Below, piece after piece: positions 27,207 to 36,945 of a DNA stretch of 64,000 bases (the first letter of the stretch is position 1; each line of letters opens with the position of its first letter). The position numbers were made by a program, and so were the translations under genes. A model generated the notes under the pieces. The model was not told where the DNA came from. It was given only the letters and a program-made list of their open reading frames with translations, and did no database searches. This DNA comes from Candidatus Bathyarchaeota archaeon. Its GTDB lineage: Archaea > Thermoproteota > Bathyarchaeia > Bathyarchaeales > Bathycorpusculaceae. Location of the stretch: contig CAVYES010000006.1 of assembly GCA_963767735.1 (NCBI GenBank), positions 128,001-192,000 of the forward strand. Direction: 5' to 3'.

Positions 27207-28058
27207 TTGTCTGCTATTCTTCACTTGATCTATGCAGCGCTAATAGGACTAATCCAGGGCATTTCTGAGTGGCTGCCCATAAGTAGCAAAACACAAATCA
27301 TCGTTTCCTCCACTTATCTTCTCAAGCTCACATTTCAGCAAGCATACACTTTTGGCCTTTTCATGGAGATCGGCACGATTTTTGCTGCTGTAGTTTATTT
27401 CAGAAAAGATCTGTTAGAAATGATACGGGTGCTGTTTGGTTCGAAGGATAAATTGCAAAGAAAACTTCTCATCTACGTCATAGTTGTCACATTAATAACT
27501 GCCCTAATAGCCGTTCCAATCTATCTTGTTGCCGACTCCATAAGCGGAATCGCATTAGGTATCCCAATGCTCATAGTGGGGTTGGTTCTTCTGGCAGACG
27601 CCGCGCTCATACGATACTCTAGAAGGAAAAGGGAAAAAGGAATAAACTCCAGAAAACTGGAAAACTTGTCACTCAAAGATTTCGTGCTCATAGGAATCGT
27701 GCAGGGCATATCAGCTTTGCCTGGGGTCAGCAGGTCAGGGACCACGACGAGCGCCATGTTGCTGCTGGACGTTGAACCTGACGAGGCTTTTAGACTATCG
27801 TTTGTTGCGGGCATTTTCGCGTCAATCGGAGCTTTTGGGCTAACTCTTATCGCCTCCAGGTCGAATGTGTCCGCTGCGGTTGCAGGGATTGGTTTGGCAG
27901 GCATCGCCGTGGCAATAATAGTTGCCACGATTGTAAGTTTGTTTTTGATTGATTTTCTTATCAAAGTCGCTGGAAAGTCAAAAATAATTTACCTAATAAC
28001 CGCGCTTGGAATAATAGCAATGGCCAGCGGCTTGCTGTATTTAGTTTTTCGATTATGA
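27207..28058 (+). CDS. uppP: polyprenyl (undecaprenyl)-diphosphate phosphatase
   Basis: QGISEWLPISS and LPGVSRSG BacA motifs. Confidence 0.9.
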   Translation: MSAILHLIYAALIGLIQGISEWLPISSKTQIIVSSTYLLKLTFQQAYTFGLFMEIGTIFAAVVYFRKDLLEMIRVLFGSKDKLQRKLLIYVIVVTLITALIAVPIYLVADSISGIALGIPMLIVGLVLLADAALIRYSRRKREKGINSRKLENLSLKDFVLIGIVQGISALPGVSRSGTTTSAMLLLDVEPDEAFRLSFVAGIFASIGAFGLTLIASRSNVSAAVAGIGLAGIAVAIIVATIVSLFLIDFLIKVAGKSKIIYLITALGIIAMASGLLYLVFRL

Positions 28059-28282
28059 TGCAGATATTGATAAATTTTAAACCAAACTTTACAGCCGAAA
28101 TAATTGCTGCTCCTTAACGCATTGCGCCACACAGCAAAAGCATCCGCGCTTATCTTTTTTGCGTGCAAAGATAAGCGTAATCATCAAGGAAAATACAACT
28201 CGAACTTACTCCAATATCAAATGACCTCTGAAAAATGGCTCAGCCAAAAGACTTGTGAGATGCGAAGTAAGATGCGCGAAGG

Positions 28283-28576
28283 TTATTCTAATCGTTTAAT
28301 TATGTGGTACCCGAATTGTGTCTTTACGGGGTCAGAAGTTTGGCCTTTCTCGAGCGCGAAAGCAGCTTTTTCAAACTCCTTAACCATTTTGCCTCTTGTA
28401 AAGGTGCCTAAGTCTCCGCTGTTCTTTGCAGATGGGCAAAGAGAGACGTTTTTGGCGATTGAGCCGAATTTTTCGCCTTTGTCAAGTCGAGCTTTAATGT
28501 TTTTTGCTTCTGTTTCTGTCTTGACGAGAATGTGTGCACAGTGAATTTTGTCTGTCATAAACAGAGTGAACATCAC
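28283..28576 (-). CDS. ppiC: parvulin-type peptidyl-prolyl isomerase
   Basis: [24 protein letters not shown]. Confidence 0.93.
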   Translation of the reverse strand: MMFTLFMTDKIHCAHILVKTETEAKNIKARLDKGEKFGSIAKNVSLCPSAKNSGDLGTFTRGKMVKEFEKAAFALEKGQTSDPVKTQFGYHIIKRLE

Positions 28577-29432
28577 TTTATCATATAACTTTTACGTGCA
28601 AACCACGCATTTTCATAATGAGCTGATTGATTTGTCCAACAGAACAGCAACAATCTCGGAAAATGACAAGATAAATGCAATTTGGCTTCGTTTATAATGC
28701 CTAAAAATATATAAAAAGTTAAAAAACTTAGCTGCGGCTTTCCCACCGCTTCGAACTTCGAAGTATCGGCTAACGTAATTGTTATAACAAAAGCAGCCAG
28801 TACTTTATGCATGACAAACTCTATTCCACTCAGAAATATGGAAGAAGAACAAAAAGTCGACTATGCCACAGTAGAGCAAATTTCAAAAATTATGAGATTT
28901 TTAAGAAATATTGAAGATTAAGGAAACTTTAGAACTGACAAAAAACGGGGCAACACTAAACAAAACGACTGCCATTACACCCGTTAAGCCTCGGTAGCAT
29001 TTTTTCCCTGTTCTTAGCACGTTTACGCAATTTCGACTGGTAAATTGCACACGTTAAAAAGTTATCGGCGATTTCGTGGGCGTGACGGGCAAAGGTTCAA
29101 CGAATGGCGCACCATTCAAAATAACCTAATATTGAAGTAACGTTGTTGCAACTCACGTCACTGTTCGCCATGTTGTGGCATTGAGCCAAGGCAAGAAAAG
29201 TATAATTGTAAATCCGGCGCAAAAGGCTTAAGCAACTTGGAAGCTCAGGCGTTCGACGAAAAAGTAGTTGATGTGTAAAGAGTTTTCAAACAGGCCAAGA
29301 TTGACCAGCAAGAGCTTACAACACAAAAGCTATCGACAGCAATTGACTGAGAATAAAATAGTTAGATAATAAAGAAGGGAATAATCTCCCACCTATCGAT
29401 GAGAGATACATGCTCATTCGGTAAGTCTAAAT

Positions 29433-29612
29433 TTACTCGATTACCTGAATTGCACCTTCAGGGCATTGGGCTTCACATGCTCTGCAGACTAGGCATTCGC
29501 TTGCTTTGCTTGGCGATGATTTGCCGTCTTTTATTTCGTAAACGCCTACAGGGCAAGTGTTCACGCATGTTTCGCATCCGGTGCATTTGGGATCAACAAC
29601 TATTTTTACCAT
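29433..29612 (-). CDS. 2[4Fe-4S] ferredoxin, 59 aa (not in ORF track)
   Basis: MVKIVVDPKCTGCETCVNTCPVG...CLVCRACEAQCPEGAIQVIE. Confidence 0.92.
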   Translation of the reverse strand: MVKIVVDPKCTGCETCVNTCPVGVYEIKDGKSSPSKASECLVCRACEAQCPEGAIQVIE

Positions 29613-29673
29613 ATTTGTTTACCTCTGATTTTTATTGAAAAGTTATTGTGTAAAATAAAAGGGTTTAGGTATT

Positions 29674-31512
29674 TTAGTGAGCTTTTTCACGTAGTCTTAG
29701 AAGTATTCCGTTTATTGTTGATTCCGCTTTGTCTTTGCGTTTCTGGTTGTCTGCAATGTTTTTCTTGTAATTTTCTATTGAAATTTCGCCTTTACTTTGT
29801 TGAGATTCAAGGTTTTTGATGTTATTCTCAGCTTCAGTTAAGTCTTCTTCCGCAGAATCAAGTTGCTTCATTAAATCTGCGTAAGCGCTGCTTGAGTTTC
29901 TGAAGGCATCTTTTAATCTGTTTGCATTTCTTGTAAGAGTTTCTAAACGGATTTCTATGGCTCTGCGTTGAACTTTGTATTGGCGTCTGGGAATCTTTCC
30001 TTTCTGCGCTCTTGAATCCAACGATCTTATTTCCGTATTTAACCGTTTTTTGTCGTCATAAGCCTCAGTGAATTCTCTTAGAGTTTCCGGAGTAATACGT
30101 TGACTAGTCATAGATTCACCGCTTTTTGCTTGTTCGGGTAGTGTCGCTGTGGTCGTTTTTGGAGTTGATTTTGAAGTTGATACCTTTTCTCTTCGAGTTT
30201 TAATTGTTTCTTTTTCGTTTGGTTTGCGTTTATTGTAGAACACAGCTCCTACACATCCAATGACAGCTACGAGTGAAACCCACAAAGTGGGTAGAAAAGA
30301 AACCCAAACTGGATTGTAATTATACGATAATTGCACGGTATTTCCTTCTGGAAGACTGTAATCAACGAAGCTTATTCCATCTCTCGTTATCGTAAGGGTG
30401 TCTTGGAACGTATTTCTCGTTAAAGAGCTGGATGAATCGAGGGATGATAGCTGTGGGGTGGTGATTGATGCTCCTTCAGGCGGGTTAAACGTGAAGGTTG
30501 CATGGTCAACGTAATAGTTGAAATCTGGGAAAAGTTCAAAGTTGTTGAGGGTGTATTTGGAGCCTTGGATGGTTGCGCTTGGTAAATTGTAGCTAGCTGT
30601 AAGAATGGTGGATTCCCCCTTTGTTATTGGTGTTGTCAAAGTGGCATTGGCCTGCAAAATGCCCGTAGTAATGGGGGTGAAGCTGGTTGTTAATGATGCA
30701 CCAGTTTCATCTTTTACTACAATGTCTGCGGCATTCTTCGGTAAATCTAAAATAAAAGCCGTCATAGCTAACGTTGAGTTGCTTACGATGGTGTAACTGT
30801 CAGAAGCGGTTACTTTACCCGCTGGGTCAATTGTTATTTGACGGTTTAGCTGGCTTATATCGCTTTGCTGTATTGACCCATTGTATATTTCAATTGAGGC
30901 CTCCGCAGGAGAATAAGTGTATGCAGGCAAGTTTTGCGCGACATAGTTATAAGTGTCAACTGTTCCGTCGTTTTTAATAATGGTTATACCTTGCGGCGTG
31001 CTTGGAAGACTTAATGTAACGTTGCAGGTAGCGGCATTTTGTGTGAGGCTTGGGTAAGCTGGAAAGTTAAGCGTGTAAGCGTTGGCATCTACTAGGGTAA
31101 GAAGATTGCTGGATAGAACAAATGCCACCGTGAAAACGCTGGGGGATTGACCATTAAAATTGACTTCGACACCGTAAAATCCGGGTTGGTTACCTAATTG
31201 GACCCCTAAGGTCACTTGGAAAACGTTGGTTGAGTCGTAAGCTACGGCTTTGAGGACGTCCGTGCTGAATACATAGGGCATCCCAATCGTAAAGCCATTC
31301 GTTATTTGCCCAGAAACATGAACTGTATCTTGAATTACAGTTTGTCCAGAATACAACACGGTGACCTGATGATCAACCTGGGTGATGCTGTACCCAGTAG
31401 TTTGAGCAAAAGCCCCTCCGGAAGGCAAAATAATTGAGAGAGAAACTAGTAGCAAAGAAACCGCAATAATGAATACTGCATAGGTTCGTTTCACTGAATT
31501 CACCAAGTTCAA
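29674..31512 (-). CDS. ribophorin I (Ost1/RPN1)-like type I membrane protein
   Basis: Signal peptide, beta-rich ectodomain (LNRQITID, KDETG, YNLP, PEGA), one TM, C-terminal coiled-coil/helical tail. Confidence 0.65.
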   Translation of the reverse strand: MNLVNSVKRTYAVFIIAVSLLLVSLSIILPSGGAFAQTTGYSITQVDHQVTVLYSGQTVIQDTVHVSGQITNGFTIGMPYVFSTDVLKAVAYDSTNVFQVTLGVQLGNQPGFYGVEVNFNGQSPSVFTVAFVLSSNLLTLVDANAYTLNFPAYPSLTQNAATCNVTLSLPSTPQGITIIKNDGTVDTYNYVAQNLPAYTYSPAEASIEIYNGSIQQSDISQLNRQITIDPAGKVTASDSYTIVSNSTLAMTAFILDLPKNAADIVVKDETGASLTTSFTPITTGILQANATLTTPITKGESTILTASYNLPSATIQGSKYTLNNFELFPDFNYYVDHATFTFNPPEGASITTPQLSSLDSSSSLTRNTFQDTLTITRDGISFVDYSLPEGNTVQLSYNYNPVWVSFLPTLWVSLVAVIGCVGAVFYNKRKPNEKETIKTRREKVSTSKSTPKTTTATLPEQAKSGESMTSQRITPETLREFTEAYDDKKRLNTEIRSLDSRAQKGKIPRRQYKVQRRAIEIRLETLTRNANRLKDAFRNSSSAYADLMKQLDSAEEDLTEAENNIKNLESQQSKGEISIENYKKNIADNQKRKDKAESTINGILLRLREKAH

Positions 31513-31541
31513 GTTTCGTTAATGTTGTGTTCGCTTATTTA

Positions 31542-31557
31542 TTTACTTTACAGTAAA
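31542..31557 (+). repeat. putative attL core
   Basis: TTTACT-TTAC-AGTAAA, identical to 36774-36789. Confidence 0.7.
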
Positions 31558-31696
31558 TGGCTCCCAATGTGTAATTTATACTTTTTAACAATTCCCCCCT
31601 TTTTTCCAATTGCAATTTAGTTTTTCAGACCTTTTCGGAAATTTTTTCTGAGCTACTAATCGTATAGAGGCTTTGTTTTGACGCGTGTGAGGAATA

Positions 31697-32460
31697 ATGC
31701 CTTCAGGGAAGCCGCGAGACAGTAATAGATAACGAGGAACTGGGCAAAGCTCTTGAAAAGGCCAATGGCATTGAGGATATATATTTTTGGTTGCGGGCTC
31801 TTGCCGTTCTTTCCTGCTAAGGCTATGTGGGAAACGTCGTGGTGAGATTTCTCGGATTCCTTTGGACAGCTTCAGGGTAGAAAACGACTTGCTTAACGTA
31901 ACATTTGCATTAGAGAAGAAGAAGCGAAAACACAAGAAAGGCCCTGCCTGTAACACCAAAAACTCAAAGGGATCTTTGTTTTGCAAAAAATGCGGATTGG
32001 ACCTATCTGCTGTTCAGATAACTTCTACTTCCAAGCAATCAAAAGCACTAAAAGCATTTCCTCTCTCTGACCCGTTGACCCAAAATATTGTGGAATATTT
32101 GAATTATCTTCGATTCTATAGTTCAAAGCCCAAGTTTTGGTTGCCCTCTGGCAAGAACGTTTTCGGATATTACATTATTATGCCCGAACGCCATCTCAGT
32201 GACAGAGCAGTCTTCAACATAGTTAGATGTGCGAGCGAAACGTTATGGCCACATCTGTTTCGAGAGACAATGGCTAGCGACATAGTTAAGCAAGATAACA
32301 GCAAAATAGCAGCATTCAAAGTGCAAAAAGGCTAGACTTGGAAGATATGCGAACCGGATTCAATTACCTTCAACGATTCGCTACAGATATTATTAAGCGA
32401 GAGGAAGAACAGAATACAGTGCGTAACCAGAACGCTATTTTTGATCGGATTTGGGGCTAA
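31697..32460 (+). pseudogene. tyrosine recombinase with zinc-ribbon insertion, frameshifted
   Basis: GKRRGEI (Arg), PHLFR (HxxR), FNY (Tyr) across shifted frames; C...CKKC insert. Confidence 0.75.
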
Positions 32461-32719
32461 GTATTATTGTAGTCTCTGAACTATTGTTCGGGTAATATAC
32501 GCGTAAACCGGTGACGTCAACAATTGTGCTGCTGAAACCAAACCAGAAGTGGAATACCAAGTCTTATTCATATAACTCAACTCACCCACGTATTTAAAAC
32601 CAGAATAATCTTTAGCTTCAGCAATTAGTCTTAGCGCTTGCGCAAAATAACGGCGCCCGCTGTACTTGCGAAAACGTTTTACACTAGCAGTCTTTAAACT
32701 ATAACAGAGATGCCAAAAA

Positions 32720-33235
32720 ATGAAAGCATACATGGGTTTAAATTGCAAACCAGGAGCGTACAATGAAGTCCTGAAAAAGCTTATTTTCGGCCTCAGCATT
32801 GACCAGCAAAACTTGTTTCTGCTCTTCGGCCCTGTTGATGTACTCATCAGGTTTACCAATTTGGCAAGTGTCGAGGAGTTCCTGAATGAATGGGTTACTC
32901 CCATCAGAATGATAGGTGCGGAAAATGACTTGATTACTAAAACTATGAGTCTCATAGTTGCTGCTGAGGGACCAACGCCTGCCGAAAGACCATATGCCTT
33001 CCTGTTCTTGAACACCAAACCACAAAGCGCAGAAGACGTCAGGAAAAAATTGCTCACCCTACCGGAAGTATTATCTGCTGATATGGTGCTCGGGCCCTTT
33101 GACGTGATATGCTCAATAAAAGCAGAAGATCATGAGGACCTTGAAACGTCCGTCCTTCTAATACAACAGATTGCGGGATTAGAAAGCTCAGTTACTGCCA
33201 TAGTCTCACCCATAAGGGTTCTGCCAGACTGGTAA
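32720..33235 (+). CDS. tandem Lrp/AsnC ligand-binding (RAM) domain protein without HTH
   Basis: Two repeats: AYMGL...LFGPVDVL and AFLFL...VLGPFDVI. Confidence 0.8.
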   Translation: MKAYMGLNCKPGAYNEVLKKLIFGLSIDQQNLFLLFGPVDVLIRFTNLASVEEFLNEWVTPIRMIGAENDLITKTMSLIVAAEGPTPAERPYAFLFLNTKPQSAEDVRKKLLTLPEVLSADMVLGPFDVICSIKAEDHEDLETSVLLIQQIAGLESSVTAIVSPIRVLPDW

Positions 33236-33352
33236 TACCCTAACTTCGAAAGCTACTCTCTTTTCGGAAAACAAAGTCAGCATGACTTAACCAGCCCACG
33301 CTTTCCCCAAACTACTCAGATGCATAATATCTGAACAAGCCAGCGCGCTTCC

Positions 33353-33382
33353 CTATTTCCTATAATTAATTTTAGGAAATAG
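33353..33382. promoter_or_regulatory. 30-bp palindrome
   Basis: CTATTTCCTA-N10-TAGGAAATAG with perfect arms. Confidence 0.45.
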
Positions 33383-33613
33383 AATGATGGGTTAAGAGAA
33401 AAATAACCTCAATTTTTTCTTATTTTGATTCTCTATTAATTAAGTTATAGTAAGAAAACTGTGATTCTTGTGACTCTTGTTCTGGTTTGCCTTTTTTCCT
33501 TTTTAGGAAAAATTTCCCGCGCACGCGTTGAATTTAACTGAGATGAAATCTGTTGTCAAAATTCATAATTCATAAAAAGCAAATGCTAACCATTATTTTC
33601 TGGTGGATTAAGA

Positions 33614-34177
33614 ATGTTCGGAAAAAGTAAACGGCAAATAAAAAATGTGACATTTGTTCAACCACTCAAAGGCGAGGTATATTTCTACACTCCGATAGCA
33701 TACGCTACTAGTTTGCAGGATTCTAATGAAAAAGAAAGAAAGCAGGTTTTCAATGATTCTGATTTGGCACTCGCAGGTAAGCTGAAGCTGATTTTTGAAC
33801 GAGAAAAAATGACTTGGTTTGAAATCAGAGAAGAGAAATCAACAACACCATCAAAAATAGAACGCTGGTTTGCACTGTATTATTACCCTCATCGTTTAGT
33901 TGCGGGTCGAGCTTACTCATCCGAGGAAAAGGCTACATTGGAGGATATCGATAAACTGTTTGATTTCATTGTGACCAAAGACCAGACCAGACTTGCAGAG
34001 ATTCAGCAATCGCAATCGCTGACAGCATATGGGTCTGTCGCAGAACAGCAATCGCAATTGCCGTCAGCAGATGCGTCCGTTGCAGAACCGCAATCGTTGT
34101 CAGCATATGTATCAGTGGCAGGCGAGTCACGCGAAGAATCGCAAGATACTAATATGGTAGCAAGCGCCGAGCGCTAG
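33614..34177 (+). CDS. hypothetical protein with C-terminal Q/S/A repeats
   Basis: 187-aa ORF; three QSxxAxxSVAE-like repeats. Confidence 0.7.
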   Translation: MFGKSKRQIKNVTFVQPLKGEVYFYTPIAYATSLQDSNEKERKQVFNDSDLALAGKLKLIFEREKMTWFEIREEKSTTPSKIERWFALYYYPHRLVAGRAYSSEEKATLEDIDKLFDFIVTKDQTRLAEIQQSQSLTAYGSVAEQQSQLPSADASVAEPQSLSAYVSVAGESREESQDTNMVASAER

Positions 34178-34583
34178 CCTGTTACCAAATTATGAAAGTT
34201 GAGCTCGTGCCGATTTGAATTTTCATGGTCCGTAGCTCCTAAACTTCCGGTCACCTCTAATATGCCTTTGCTGACTTTACTCTGACTCTTCATATAAGGA
34301 ATAACTAGTGCTTCAACAACCGCAACCCTAACCCTAACTTTCTCAAGCATAGTAGACATCACAAACTTCAGCGCCCAAATATTGCATAACATGCACAAAT
34401 TTGGTTAAAAAAACTGTCGATTTCCTAAAACTGTGTCGGTGTGGTATCTTTAAGCGACCAAAAGCCCATTCGAAGATTATTTTAATATTACAAATAGGAT
34501 GATATTTAGGAATTGTCTCCGGCTTTTCTCCAGTTTTCTGAGTTTTTATAAGTTATTTTGGGGCCTTCCTACCAGATTGCATC

Positions 34584-34745
34584 CTAGATCTTTAGGAAAT
34601 CGCGCTCGCTCCTTAGTTTTTCAAGTTTCTTTTCGCTATTATGAAGTTCATCGGTCATGTTCTCAATTTCTCTCTTCAATCGAACGATTTGTCTTTCTTC
34701 GCATATCACGGTATCGCTCGTTAGCGCTATTTTCATCATACTCAT
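34584..34745 (-). CDS. 53-aa coiled-coil protein (not in ORF track)
   Basis: MSMMKIALTSDTVICEERQIVRLKREIENMTDELHNSEKKLEKLRSERDFLKI. Confidence 0.5.
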   Translation of the reverse strand: MSMMKIALTSDTVICEERQIVRLKREIENMTDELHNSEKKLEKLRSERDFLKI

Positions 34746-34919
34746 TTTTCTGCTACCGATGCATTCTATTAAATCGTAAGTTATACTTCATTAATAAACA
34801 ATGTGCGTCTTTCACTATCGTTGCACAATTGTTCAACAAAACAACAGCCTTGTTTAATCGTTAAATTTGGGTTTGAGATTTGCGCACGCCCAGCTTTCAT
34901 GGTAATAAGTTCGTTAAAA

Positions 34920-35285
34920 TTATGTACTCGTTTTTCCGAGCATGCATTCAATAATATCTCTGCAAACGATGCATTCGTCAGGAATTTGTTCTTTATGCTT
35001 TTGTTCGCTTAAGTGGCCGAGGTGGTAGTTGCAGGAGGGTGGTATTTCTTTATTTCTATTTGGCTTGTCTTCAGGACGAATTTTTTCAACGTATACTTTT
35101 TCGGGCTTATTGTGAGTCTCTATTTGGGCTTCAGTTATTTTTGTTAAACAATATGGGCAGGCGACATATGGCTCTGCCGAATCTTGATTTACATTTGAGA
35201 CCTTAAGTGGCGTATTGAAAACTTTCTTACATGAAGGATTCGGGCATGTAAACGTTCTTTTTCCCTCTATTTCCTTTTTAACCAA
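34920..35285 (-). CDS. double zinc-finger protein
   Basis: CPNPSC...CPYC and C..H...CIVC...C. Confidence 0.75.
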   Translation of the reverse strand: MVKKEIEGKRTFTCPNPSCKKVFNTPLKVSNVNQDSAEPYVACPYCLTKITEAQIETHNKPEKVYVEKIRPEDKPNRNKEIPPSCNYHLGHLSEQKHKEQIPDECIVCRDIIECMLGKTST

Positions 35286-35409
35286 CGATAGACTGCTCTT
35301 CTTTATGGTGTTTACTGGTTTATAGCCTTCATGAATCTGAAATAAAGATGCTAACTATTCGACATTGCACTCTTTGGCTGGCAAGGTGGCAGGGGATCTA
35401 AATATTTAC

Positions 35410-35435
35410 AATATTGTGTATTGAATCACAATATT
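35410..35435. promoter_or_regulatory. palindrome upstream of the pilin-like micro-ORF
   Basis: AATATTGTG-N8-CACAATATT with perfect 9-bp arms. Confidence 0.45.
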
Positions 35436-35493
35436 TAATAAGTAAACGACTGAAACGTATTTATTAAACCCAGAGAAGAGCCAGAAGAGCAAA

Positions 35494-35622
35494 ATGAATT
35501 ATAGACAATTAAGTAAAAGTGCAAAAGCCCTAAGCCCCGTAATTGCATCAATCATGCTTATCGCTTTCAATATCGCAGACATCGCTGTAGCGCACTCTTT
35601 GAGAGGCATAAAAAAATGGTAA
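35494..35622 (+). CDS. 42-aa type IV pilin/archaellin-like N-terminal fragment (class III signal peptide)
   Basis: MNYRQLSKSAKA/LSPVIASIMLIA...; overlaps the next start codon. Confidence 0.55.
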   Translation: MNYRQLSKSAKALSPVIASIMLIAFNIADIAVAHSLRGIKKW

Positions 35623-36044
35623 TCCAATTAAAAGAATATAATTCAGCACAGTCAATAGCTCAAGACCTCGATAAGGATTTATCCGAAACTAAAAGCTTGC
35701 TTGGCGAGTATCTGCGTCGTTTAGACGAAATCCGCACTTTGGCGGAAAAATCAAAAAAAGTCCGCGAAGTTATAATGAAACTTGCAGGAAAAAAAACCAG
35801 CGCCTCAGATATCCCAGGCGAAATAACGGTGGGCACTCTAAACATAATCTTAGACGCTAATGCGTTCCATGAGTTAACAGCCATAGAAGCCGTCGTGCGG
35901 AGCCATCAAGAACGTCTGTTAGATTTACAGAAAGCGCGAGACGCATTGAAGTGGTTAGATCAACTCGGCGACACCGAAGGCCTCAAGTATTTAGTGCTGG
36001 AAAGCGAGGGCATCCCTCAGCGTATCCTATTCAAAATATCCTAA
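35616..36044 (+). CDS. hypothetical coiled-coil protein
   Basis: 142-aa helical ORF. Confidence 0.7.
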   Translation: MVIQLKEYNSAQSIAQDLDKDLSETKSLLGEYLRRLDEIRTLAEKSKKVREVIMKLAGKKTSASDIPGEITVGTLNIILDANAFHELTAIEAVVRSHQERLLDLQKARDALKWLDQLGDTEGLKYLVLESEGIPQRILFKIS

Positions 36045-36135
36045 ATGCGAGACCTAATTTGAGGCACAACAAACAAGTTAGACCCAAAAGCTTACTAGAT
36101 ATAATACGATTCTCGCTGAGAACTGAACCATAGAA

Positions 36136-36740
36136 TTGTTGAAGAAGTTAGAAGCTTTCAACACTTTTTTTCTGAGGCGTAAAGGCACAAATAAAATTCC
36201 GCCAGAAAATATCCATGACGAATCACCACTGATAAGAAACATGCGTATACCCAGGCCCATTGCATTATCAACTACGGCAATCTACACAATAATTCATAAG
36301 TTGTACCAACAAGCCGGATTAATTTCTCAAGGCGAATTGCTTGGAAGACGATATGACATCTGCGTACACAGCGTACGGAAATACTTTAAAACTCAGCTTA
36401 TGGCGACAAACGTTCAGGCAGATTACATCGAATATATGATGAGCCATACAATAAGCACACCACGACATCGAGATGAAAGGAGTAGAGTTCTTACGCGGAA
36501 TATACGCAGCTTCAGGCTTAAGCATTAAACCTAAAACACGGCTCAACAAAATCGACGCCTTCAAAGAAATCATACGCGCATGGGGACTAAACCCCGATGA
36601 AATCTTAACAAGAGAAGCTTTGACTAAACCAAACGCAACATGGACAGGAACAATTTGAAAATTACCAAATACGTCAACTTAGCATCGCTCTAAAACAGCG
36701 AATGCTGAGAGAAATCCGAGAGGAAAAACATGAAGCAGAA
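36136..36740 (+). pseudogene. tyrosine recombinase C-terminal remnant
   Basis: VHSVRKYF (HxxR), EYMMSH, then a frameshift; N-terminal half missing. Confidence 0.8.
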
Positions 36741-36773
36741 CCATAAAAAGTATACTTTACTATCCAGAGCTGC

Positions 36774-36789
36774 TTTACTTTACAGTAAA
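36774..36789 (+). repeat. putative attR core
   Basis: Identical to 31542-31557. Confidence 0.7.
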
Positions 36790-36945
36790 CCACGTTGTAT
36801 TTAGAGCTTAAGTTAAGAAGATTGACAAAACAGCGAGTTTCCACGCTTTTTGTAATATTTGGCTGTTGAGCTGAGCTGTTATTTACAGAAGACAGCGCGT
36901 AAGAATTGGGGAATATGCTCTAAATGGGCGTGAACTTTGGATTAG

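Larger units (their letters stand above)
31542..36789. mobile_element. decayed integrative element bounded by 16-bp direct repeats
   Basis: TTTACTTTACAGTAAA at 31542-31557 and 36774-36789; tyrosine recombinase remnants just inside both ends. Confidence 0.7.

Noticed and set aside
29399-29638. 79-aa + strand ORF in the track
   Set aside because: It is the shadow of the minus-strand ferredoxin at 29433-29612
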